Shown here one piece after another: positions 53,056-64,000 of a stretch of 64,000 bases of DNA. Position numbers and translations under genes: made by a program. Source of the stretch: Yuukianura sp. NJ FZ-2021 (lineage: Eukaryota); NCBI GenBank assembly GCA_046563655.1, contig CM102284.1, positions 5,332,001 through 5,396,000 on the forward strand. The letters run 5' to 3'. The notes below the pieces were generated by a model, which was given only the letters and a program-made list of their open reading frames with translations, did no database searches and was not told the origin of the DNA. Position 1 is the first letter of the stretch. Every line of letters starts with the position of its first letter.

Positions 53056-56000
53056 ATGGCGGCCAGTCAACTTCCGGAATTTGTCAAAGAGTTGACTGAT
53101 ATCGCTGTGAAAGTGGGAACCAAAGTTAGACTTTTGGTTGAAGTCAGAACATCATCACTGCTCAAGGTCAGTGCAAAAACTTAAGCTGGTAAATTCACCT
53201 CGACGACTTGAATTTCAAGTCATGTCAAAGGTTTTGAAAAGGAAATTTCCAAAAATTTTGATTTTTCAGGTGAGTTGGTATCAAAATGAAACGAAAATGG
53301 TGGATTCGGATGGTCTGAACATTTTGAACGAAGGGAATCTCTACTGCATAGAAATTAATCCAATTCTGCCAGAAAGTGAAGGTCGGTGGACGTAAGTTTT
53401 TAAAAAATTTTGAAAATTTTGGTTTTAAAAAGTTTTGTTTGAGTTTTTGAATCAATTTTGTTTTCAAAGTTACTAATCTGTTTGAATTTTGGTCCATGAC
53501 AGTTGTGTAGCCGAGAATTTGTCAGGAAGATCCACTTGCTCATGTCAGTTGAGAGTCATTAGTAAGTTTTTAGACTTTTAAGAACTTTCATTCATTTGCA
53601 CATCCTCTACTTGGACAGTGTTCAAATTTGAAATTTTAAACACCGAGACACGTCTTTTCCGTTTTATAGGACAAAAAATATTCTTGGATGATTTCATAAT
53701 TTTTACGCCTTTTTTAGTACCAAGGTCCTACAAGAGCCCCGAATTTGTCCAAGGCCTCAGAGCCATCCTCACTGACGCTGGAACTGTGTCGCTTGAATGC
53801 AAAGTAAAAATTGTCAAAGTTTCAAAATCCAGAGTACTAAAATTTCACTTTTTCAAAATTGTTCAAAATTTTTATGGTCCATAGGTCGTCGGAATTCCAG
53901 CACCCACTTTGAAATGGTTCAAGGACAACAAAGAAATCAAAGCGGGAGACATCTTTGCCCTCACAGCATCCGCATCCGATCCGACGTCACTTGGCACCTA
54001 CACTTGCGAAGTATTTCAAAATTTTAACTAAATCAATTTCTAAATTTCAAAATTTTAGTTAATATTCTAACAATTAAAACTGTAACTTTATTTGTTTGCT
54101 TCCAGGCATCCAATTGTATGGGCCGAGCTCTGTCGTCTTCAAAGGTCATTTAAACTTTTCAAAGCATCAATCTACTAAAAATTCATACCTTCAAAGTTTT
54201 GAATCTTCCCATACCTCTTAACAACTTTTTAAGCATTTTCCATAATTTTTTAAGTTTTTCAAATGATTTTTTTTGGAATCAGGTCCATATCCAGAACAAG
54301 AATATTCCAGTGATAATTCAAGAATTGGTGGATCACAAGGCCCGCGTGGGTGAAATCCACACTTTGTCAGTGACCTTGATCCCACCGTACCCCACGAGGG
54401 TGGAATGGTTCAACAAGGACGTGTTAGTTCCCACTTCAGACACAAGACTACAAGCAATGAGCAAAGAAGATGGAATTGCATCTATTTGCCTAAGTCCCCT
54501 TAGCCTTGAAGACGACGGAGAATGGAAAGTGGTTTTGTTCAATGAAGAAGGCCTCTCTTCCTCTTCAACCTGTCAACTATCAATTGTGATTCCAAAAAAT
54601 TACAGAAAACCGAGATTTCTAGAAAATCTGAAAGCTGTTCTCACTGAAGAAGGTCTTGTGTCATTTGAATGCAAAGTGGTCGGATTTCCTACACCTCAAC
54701 TCTACTGGTAAGAGAAACTTTATTTTCACCTTTCTCTGAATTTCACAAGTTCGTCGATATTCTATCCAACTTTTAGTATTGATTTTGATTAGGCAAAAAA
54801 GCATTTGCAATGTTGCGAATTTCCGAAATTTAGAACTTTGAGAAAGTTAATTTAGCTTTCAAGTGTCTGTAACAACAGTTTTTCCAATAAAAATATCCTT
54901 AGCCAAAATTTTCGAGGTTGGTTGCCAAAAACCGATTTGACACTTTTTTGACAATTTTTTTTCTCCAACTTTGTTGGTCCAAAAAGACTCATCATTAGAA
55001 AAAGTTTGGACCAAATTTTTTTAACAACAAGGCCCCCCTATCCCTTCACAACAATATTTTTTTTTCAAAAACGATTCAAAATGATAGAAATTGATTTAAA
55101 AAACGAAATTACAAAATGATCTATCGCAATTAGGTTCAAAGATGGTCATGAACTTCGACCTGGAGATGTTTACCAACTGTCTGGAACTAATTCTCTGGGA
55201 GTGTACAGTTGTGTTGCCAAAAATTGCATGGGCGTGTCTGAAAGCAATGCTGAACTCACTTTAGAAGGTAAATTTGACACTTTTTGAAAACTCAAAAACA
55301 ATACACCAACTTTTTCCTCAAACTTTCACTTCCCGTTTACTTTCTCTAGACATTCAGCATCAATTGAGCGACGAAGATCGGAAACAACTTTTGGACAAAA
55401 CTGTACATCCGCCCAGGTTTTCCAAAGGACTCAAATCAATCGAAGGCAAAATTAACGAAAAGCTGCGTCTAAGTGTAGAATCTACTGAAGAAATCACTAC
55501 GACATGGTACCGTGAAAATGATGTGATACTGGAAAACGACAAGTACCGAATCAGTTCCGAAGCGTTGGGACGCTACCACTTAGACATTGAATATTTGGAA
55601 CTAATTGATGAAGCTGAATGGAAGTGTCTGGGGATTAACGAATATGGACATAGCATGACCAGTTGCCGTGTTACCGTAATCGTTCCAGCGCATTACCGGA
55701 AACCTAAGTTCCTAGAGCCTTTGAGAGCCGTTTTGAGTCACGAAGGAACTGTGAATTTGGAATGCAAAGTTATAGGCGTTCCGCAACCACAACTCAAATG
55801 GTACAAAGATGGAATTGAACTGAAGGCTGGAGATATTCACAAAATCATTTCTGGAGAGGCTGGCAGTTGTTGCTGTCTTGGAACTTATACTTGCACAGCA
55901 TTCAATTGGTAAGGTACAAATTTCTCAAACCACAATATGCTTACTAACTTTTTGTTTAGCTGCGCATGCGTAGTCTGACGTTAATGTGAGTTGCCATTTT

Positions 56001-59000
56001 TGATTTTTGATAGCATGGGGACTGTGAGTTCCAGCGCTGCGCTTCTTGGATTTGAAGAAAAGCTGCTGGAGAAAAAACCGGAAGAACCGAAATTTGATTT
56101 TGAGCCGCTTTCGACAATTGCTGAAGAAAGATCATCTCAGATGCTGTCAATTTATGAAACGCCTTCGGATAAATCCATTTCGTTGTCAATTAACGGCAAG
56201 GAACTGTCGGTATCGTTATATGAAACACCAGATTTGACTGAAAATGATGCCAAACAAATAGTGGAAATGTTTGCAAATCAGTGCTCTGAAAATATTTCAG
56301 GTAAGAAACCTTTTTCAAAAAACTGAATTCAAAAGGTTCAAAAATACATAGAAGTCTAAGTTGATAATAGCGTCCAGCTGTGGTTATTTATTTGCTGTTT
56401 TAGAACAAAATGTACTTACGCTTCCATCATTACGATTCATGCGTGAGACGTCAACTTCTGGACGGATTTTAATGGAGGCTGTCGTCATTGACGTAACGAG
56501 TTTCAATGAATTTGAATCCGCCAAATCCGAGACAACTGAAAACGACGTTGATGAAATCAGTGACGAACTGCTGGAGAACATCAAGCGACCACTTTTGGTT
56601 GAAGAAAACGAAGAATTGTTTGACCTTGCGTCGCTAGCTGAACCAAGTCCGTTTGACATTGCGCAACTCCGTGACTCCAGCCTGGCCACGCCTATTGTTC
56701 AAGAGGATCTTCCATTCTACCATGAAGATGTAGCCCTTGAAGGGTACTTAAGCATTACCCCAGACGGGGCTGGAGTAATACAGTCCGACCTTGACGTTGA
56801 CCTGGAACTGGAACCAACAGCGTCATCTCCAGCAGCAGAATCATTTAAACTTTTTCCCCTTGAGAGACAACATGTCCATGATTTCGAATTGGCAGAATCA
56901 TTTGAATCTGATGATAGGATGAACCATTTTGAGAAAATGGTGTCCAACTTAATTGAAAATCATAGTATCGATGTCCAAGAGAACAGTCACTTGTCACAAG
57001 TAGGTGAGTTGGAGCTGTCAACTTTTGGTGACACGTCGAGTGCCAATGTCTACGTTGGACTAATTCCAAATGAAGCGTATCAAGTTGACAATGGAGGTCA
57101 CTTTGAGCACTTTGACAGCCTGAGTATCAATGAAGAGTTCACGAGGTCAGCCGAAGCGGACATGACAGTCCAGGAACGACAAGCTCAGATTATACAACTG
57201 CAGCAGCATTTGAGTAATTTGGGTGGAGCTTTTGTTCAGGAGGGGGCGGAGTACGGTACTCGAGCAGACAGAATTGCTTCGGAACAGTTTCCGGTTATAC
57301 CGAGTCAAGTTTATGTTGAAGAAGGTGTGGAAACTTTGTCCGAAATCGAGAGCATGCGTACCTACGGCACGCTTGAAGTTGAGCAAGAGTTTCTGCAATC
57401 TCCATCGATATCGGGAACGATTGATTCCAAAATTTGTTCACCGCTGGAACAACAACTAGCCGAAGCCAGCAAAGTTTCGGTAAAACCAGCCAAAATCAAA
57501 CCGGAACCTTTGCCGGAAGCAATCCAGGAGCCAAAACCGGATTTGCAGGAAACAGCCAAGGTCGGTCAAGTTTTACCGGAATCAGAAGCAGAACTCGGTC
57601 CAGCAGAAAGTGTTTCACCGCAAGTATCCACTTCGGAACCAAAATCTCCACCAGAAGCAGATTTGAAATCGCTTCGTGAAACGGTAATCGAAGGGCCAGA
57701 ATCCGAATTTGACGAAACCGGAGCCGAGACTCAAGTGGAATGCTTCCCCTCCGAAGAACTTGACCTTCAAACTGCAATTCCAAAATACATTATCGACGAA
57801 ACTTCAACTGCGCAAACGCAAATCAACAAATTGCATCACGTTTTACTTCAAATTGAAGCCGTAGCTGCACATTCTCTTCAACAACGTCGTCCTTCTCAGC
57901 TAGTCGAAGGAAGTGAAATCGATTTTCAAGAAGCCGTGCTAAAAGACGTCATTGCTCAAATCAACCGAATTGCAACAGAAGCCATTCGATTGCAAAATTT
58001 TAGCAGAGCTGAACCACAAATTGCAGATGAAAGACAAGAGCAGTTGAAAACAGCGATTATGCAAATTTTTACTGTTGCTGCTGAGGGGCTGGAAGAACAT
58101 CATCAACTGATTGGTGGAACAACTTTCTCTACAATGAAATTTGGAACTTGGGAAGAAAATCCTGTGCAGTTTTTGTCATATGCAATTTTCGAAATTTTCA
58201 AATTGGCCAGTGACGGTGGCGCCACTCGAATGGACGAAGGTGTAACGAGTAACGTTACCGAAGATTTGCTTCTATCCGGTACTTCTGATACTGTTCCAGC
58301 CTCGGTTTCAGACCAATCGGGTATTCGTACCGATTCAACCAAAATTGGTGAAAAATTGGACGTTTCGGGAGAACTAAAAACGAAAGTTCTCAAAGAAGTT
58401 TTGACAGAAATTTCTTCAATTGCTGACGAAATTGCGTCGTTGAGTCAAGGTCAAACTGCAAAAGCGACTTCTGCTCTAAGTGAGTATCAAGCGGCAGTTG
58501 CAAAAATTGCAACTGTGGCTGAAGTCGCTATGAACAAAGTTCTTGTTGAAACTGCCAAGGTACAGGAGAAAGCTTTTCAAGTCGATGAAGAACCAATTCT
58601 GCATGAGCACGAGCGTGCATTGGAAAATGTTGTTCAACAAATTGCAGAACTGGCTGTTGAAAACATAATCAAATTCGAAGCGGCTCCGTTTGGTCAAGCA
58701 GTGATTGGCCAAGAAGAAGCTCTGAAAAGCGTTATAACTGAAATCCAAATTTTGGCGAATGAAGCTTTAAAGCCTACTGACCAATCAGAGAAAGCCGCCG
58801 TCGACCTTGAAGCCACGGAAGCTCAAACGTTACCCGCCAAAAGTGAATTATCGGAGGCCGCTGAATTACCAACCGATGCGCAACTACCCAAAACTTCCGA
58901 AGTGCAAGAAATAAAAGCAGAGGGTCCTGCTGAGGTCGCTATAGAGGAAGATGTGATTGGTAAGCTTCTGGAAAAATCAGAAGTTCTGATTGGTCAAATC

Positions 59001-62000
59001 CAAAACACTGCAAAATCTACACATGAAGCAATTGGAAAGAAAGCTATCCTAGATTCCAAGGAAGTTCAAAAATTGAAACAGGCTTTCAGTGACATCGAGT
59101 TCCTGGCATCTGAAATTTCGAAAGTTGAGATTCCATGCGCAGTTGGAGAAAGTTGTAAAGAGGCCGTCATGATTCTAGAAAAATTTGCGGAGATTTCAAA
59201 ACTGGCTGCTTCAGGAAAAGACTTTCTCCAGCAAAATAAGACTTTGACAAAAAAGAAAATGGAAAATGTTCAAAAAATTTTGACAGAAATCCTACACCAA
59301 GTCGGGTTGTTGACAAACTTGGGCTTGGAAATTGCGAAGCATAAATTAGACGGACCACTTCAAAATTTTGAAGATGCTGCTGAAGCTAAGGAAGCCACTG
59401 CCACAGAAGACGAAATAAACGCTCAAGTTGAAGTTCCGATTGACAAACCCGCTACTGAGCAAGCGGCAGGGCTGATTACAGAGAAAAAAGAAGCAGATCA
59501 AGTAAAAGGAACAGAAACAGTTGAAGAACCTACTCTTGAACAAACGCATGCAATAGAAGCAGGAAAAGTTAAAGCCGAAGAGAAAGTTAAGGCAGAAGAA
59601 AAACATGAGGACGAAGAAAAAGCTAAAGTTGAAGAAAAAGTTAAAGCCGAAGAGGACCTTAAGGCTGAAGAGAAAGCCAAAGCAGAAGAAAAAACTAAAG
59701 TTGAAAAGAAGACTAAAGCAGAAGAAAAAGCTAAGGCCGAAGAGAAACTTCAGGCTGAGGAGAAAGCTAATGCAGAAGAAAAAGCTAAAGCAGAAGAAAA
59801 GGCTAAAGCCGAAGAAAAAGCTAAAGCCGAAGAAAAAGCTAAGGCCGAAGAGAAAACTGAAGCAGAAGAAAAGGCTAAAGCAGAAGAAAAGGCTAAGGCC
59901 GAGGAGAAGGCTAAAAAGCTAAAGCCGAAGAGAAAGCTAAGGCCGAAGAGAAACTTCAGGCTGAGGAGAAAGCTAAAGCAGAAGAAAAAGCTAAAGGAGA
60001 AGAAAAGGCTAAAGCAGAAGAAAAAGCTAAAGCAGAAGAAAAGGCTAAAGCAGAAGAAAAAGCAAAAGCAGAAGAGAAACTTAAAGCCGAAGAGAAACTT
60101 AAGGCTGAAGAAAAAGCTAAAGCCGAAGAAAAAGCTAAGGCCGAAGAGAAACTTCAGGCAGAGGAGAAAGCTAAAGCAGAAGAAAAGGCTATAGCCGAAG
60201 AAAAAGCTAAGGCCGAAGAGAAAGCTAAGGCAGAAGAAAAAGTTCAGGCTGAGGAGAAAGCTAAAGCAGAAGAAAAGGCTAAAGCAGAAGAAAAAGCTAA
60301 AGCCGAAGAAAAAGCTAAGGCCGAAGAGAAAGCTAAAGCAGAAGAGAAAGCTAAAGCAGAAGAAAAGGCTAAAGCAGAAGAAAAAGCTAAAGCAGAAGAA
60401 AAAGCTAAGGCCGAAGAGAAAGCTAAAGCAGAAGAAAAGGCTAAAGCAGAAGAAAAAGCTAAAGCCGAAGAGAAAGCTAAAGCAGAAGAGAAACTTAAAG
60501 CCGAAGAGAAAGCTAAAGCAGAATAAAGCCGAAGAGAAAGCTAAAGCAGAAGAGAAACTTAAAGCCGAAGAGAAAGCTAAAGCAGAAGAAAAAGCTAAAG
60601 CCGAAGAAAAGGCTAAGGCCGAAGAGAAACTTCAGGCTGAGGAGAAAGCTAAAGCAGAAGAAAAAGCTAAAGCCGAAGAGAAAGCTAAAGCAGAAGAAAA
60701 TGCTAAAGCCGAAGAGAAACTTAAGGCCGACGAAAAAGCTAAAGCCGAAGAGAAAGCTAAAGCAGAAGAAAAAGCTAAAGCCGAAGAAACGGCTAAAGCA
60801 GAAGAAAATGCTAAAGCCGAAGAGAAAGCTAAAGCAGAAGAAAAAGCTAAAGCCGAAGAAAAGGCTAAAGCAGAAGAAAATGCTAAAGCCGAAGAGAAAC
60901 TTAAGGCTGAAGAGAAAGCTAAAGTAGAGGAAAAGGCTAAAGCAGAAGAAAAGGCTAGAGCAGAAGAAAAGGCTAGAGCAGAAGAAAAGGCTAAAGCTGA
61001 AGAGAAAGCTAAGGCCGAAGAGAAAGCTAAGGTCGAAGAGAAAGCTAAAGCCGAAGAAGAAGCCAAAGCGGAAGAGAAACTGAACGCCGAAGAAAAAGTT
61101 AAGGCCGAGGAGCAACTTAAAGCCGAACAGAAGCTAAAAAGCGAAGCAAAAACTAAAGCGGATGAGAAAGTTGAAGAGGAAGAGAAAGTCCTAGCCGAAA
61201 TAGGTGCCGAAAGTTTCTCGGAAGACAAATTCACACCAGCGGCTGCTGTTCATCGAATTGCCAAAATAGTGTCAGATTTTGTCAAAGTTCCAAAGGGAGC
61301 AGTTGACAACGAAGAAATGGAAACTGTCATGATACAAATCAGCGCGATAGCTACTGAAGCCAAAGAAAATATCAAGCCCACCGATGTCTCCGACCGCCAA
61401 GGCCAAATAACAGACAAACAGCAAAAAGTTTTAGAGCTCGTTCTGAACATATCAAAAGCAGCTGAAGTTTGCAAATCTAGCCTTCTCAACCGAAACGAAG
61501 ACGGCCTTGTACAAGGCAGTAAAGAACTGGTAATCGCTGCCGCCGAAGCATTTGGCAGTACCGAATTGCCTCCAACTGGGTTAGTAGAACAGGCCCAACA
61601 AAATTGGCAATTAGAAGAACTTGTTTTTGCCAAGATCGTGAGTGTTGCTGGCAAAGCACGCAGATTAGGCCAAGGTCATCAGGAGGTAGACACCGAAAGA
61701 GAAAGTCAGCAAATCCAAATTGCTCTGTCAATCATTTCTAATGTAGCGAAACAAGTCATCGCAAAAACGGATTTGGCATTTTCTCGAAAACAAAAACCAG
61801 AAAAAGTCATTGAAATTTCGAAAGCTCTAATGAAAGTCGCTACAGCAGCAACTCAAGCTGCTGAAAAAAGTAAAATGGAAACTGCTGCTGTCAAGGACCC
61901 CAAAAAATTGGATTTGCTTAACGCTGCTATAACTGAAATTGCATTTGACATTGCTCAGGTTTTGAAACCTCTAAAATCACAAAAGGTCACGGGAAAAGAA

Positions 62001-64000
62001 CTTACAACTCTAATGGATGCTTTAGATCAAATTTTAAACTTGACCTCAGAAGCATGTCAACCCGTTACCGGGAAACAACTCAAAGTGGAGGCTGGTGTAA
62101 AAAATAGGCGGGAAATTCAAAATGGTCTAAACGTCATCTCCAGCTTGGCTACAGAATGTCTAAATCAACTCAAAGCAAAAAAGGAAGTTGACCAAGATTC
62201 AAAAATTTCCGAAATGTTGAAAGAAATTTCAAAATTTGTCAATGAAGCTCTCATGACCAATCAAATTCTCGTGGATGAGCTTGGAATTGATTCAAGTCCT
62301 ATTCAAGATCTCATTTTACAAAAAGCAATTTCCAAAATTTTGAATTCAGCAGTTGACGCCATAAAATTTATGAATTTGGATCATGTCCCATTAGAAGGAA
62401 CACAACTTTCACCAGAGTGTGAACTACTGCAAGCATTTGCTCAGCTTGCGTTGTTAGTCGACGGGGGGTATGAAGTGAAAGCTGAAAAAGTTTCAGAAAC
62501 CGAAAAAACCGAAAAACTTCCGAAAATTCCAATTGCAGACAAACTTCAACAGGATTTAAAGATTGACGAGGAGAAACCTCAAGCTACCTCCAAGGAAGTT
62601 TCAAAACCTGAAGCTCCGCAGGAGAAAGATTCAACAGTTCTCAAATTAGAATCAGCAACTGAAGTAAAACCGGAACCAGTTTCGGAGAACGTGAGCGGTA
62701 CCGGTACCGGTTTGGAACAAATGCAAAAAGCAATAACTGGAATTGCAGCAATTCTTGAAGTTTTCGATAAAGCAACTCAGGAACCGGAAACGGTATCGTT
62801 TCTTCCAGATCAAAAAGTCCAACCTTCTGAAATTGTGGCTCAAATTATGGCACTAACAACTGAAGTTGCAGAGGAACTGAAATCTAAATCAGTAGAACCT
62901 CAGAAAGCAACGGAACTACAAACACTTCTCCACAATGTAATTAAAAACATTCAGGTCGTAGAGCATCAGACAGGAACTTTGGAAAGTTTTCCAAAAACGG
63001 AAATTTTGAAAAACTCTGTAGCTGAAATGGCTAAAATTGTAACTGAAACGTTACAACAGACGCCACAACTTTCTCAAACGAAAGACCCAGTAATCAAACA
63101 CGCATTGGAAACACTGCTGGCAATTTCTGAAAAACGAACTGAAGCGTTGATACCTACAACTGAAATCCAAGCAGCTTCACTCCAAGCTGAAACCGAACCT
63201 TCTGTTGCAAAACCGGTAAGTCCGGTAAAACCGGAAAGGGGAAAGAAGCCAGCCGATGCTGCGCAGGAGCCTCAAGTTGCCGTCGTTGAGGAAGTGCTTA
63301 TTGCTGCTCCAGAAAAACCGCCTTCAAGTATCGATAAACTTACAATTCAAACATTGGAACTAATCACGGGTCGAGAAACGGATATTATTACAGAGGAGCT
63401 GGAATCGATTGATGCTTCAGTTGAGACTAAATCTCTCAAGAAACAGAAACCAGAACAAGTTGCACTAGAAACTTATTCCTTAGAAAATTTAGAACACGTC
63501 TCTGAACTAAAAGAAACTGAATTAGTGGACGATGAATTTGAGCCATTGAATGAAGTTGAAGAGCAGTTGCTGGCGGAGGGGAAAGGTCAAGAGGAACCAC
63601 AAGCGCATGTAGAAAAAGTTGAATTGCAGGATGCTGGAGAATCACAAAAACCTTCTACAACCGAAGTTCAGAAACCAATTTCTGCAACCGAAATTCCAAC
63701 GCTTTCAGATCCTAAAACTAAAACGCCCGAGGCTAAATTGGTTTCACCGACAGAAAGTTCAGTGGATTCATCTGGTCAACCCTTGACCTCGGAGAAAGTC
63801 ACTGAAACTCTGGGGCCGAAAGTTGCTGCTCAATTGCCGTCATCCGACGGAAAAGATGATTCTATTCTACAACAGAAAGCAAAGGCGGACGAAGCTTGTG
63901 AATTGGAACCTGAAGCTGCTATTGTTCGGGTTGCTCCTGACGTTTCAAAAACTCCTGCTGCGTCGCAGTTGGAAATTGTAACTCCAGCGGAAGCTGAGGC
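53056..64000 (+). CDS. Giant titin-family muscle protein (stretchin-MLCK-like), 5' part; reading frame disrupted inside the repeat array as assembled
   Basis: Alternating Ig-I domains, with three copies of YxxPxF..L.A.L...G.V..ECKV.G.P.P.L.W.KD..E...GD, followed by one very large exon (about 56404 to beyond 64000) encoding Glu/Ala/Lys-rich sequence. No kinase domain lies within the window. Confidence 0.8.
59565..61135 (+). repeat. Coding 18-bp tandem repeat (AAAGCTAAAGCMGAAGAR; KAKAEE), about 85 units
   Basis: Directly visible degenerate 18-mer array with variants KLQAEE, KLKAEE, NAKAEE and KARAEE. Confidence 0.97.

Noticed and set aside
59565..61135. Array as a CRISPR or bacterial TolA-like gene
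   Set aside because: There are no unique spacers, and the array is embedded in an exon of a spliced eukaryotic Ig-domain gene.
60513..61234. 200-aa minus-strand ORFs (ALAFSS and FSFLFG repeats) and Lys-rich alternative-frame ORFs
   Set aside because: These are shadows of the stop-poor 18-bp coding repeat.

Overview
Eukaryotic genomic DNA from a compact, gene-dense arthropod-like genome with mostly 55-100 bp GT-AG introns. The taxon is inferred from protein similarity only. I reconstructed about 15 protein-coding genes by hand: Disabled (Dab, 3'-truncated), SDS3, an ERMP1-like M28 peptidase, MGMT, PTER, three divergent phospholipid-scramblase-family genes, 14-3-3 epsilon-like, an RFX1/2/3-type transcription factor with alternative 5' exons, an Aurora kinase, FPP synthase, a possible HAUS4, an Fn3-Ig-Ig-Fn3 protein with a putative myristoyl N-terminus and hydrophobic C-tail, and the 5' part of a giant stretchin/titin-like muscle gene with an 18-bp KAKAEE array. 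Non-coding features: a 351-bp hAT-type MITE (15-bp TIRs, 8-bp TSD), a three-copy dispersed repeat whose inverted copies bracket 14-3-3 plus scramblase 2, and a non-random set of perfect AGGTCAAAGGTCA (DR1) and IR1 motifs in short introns. No prokaryotic system, CRISPR array, rRNA or tRNA was seen. Exon boundaries were read manually and are approximate.
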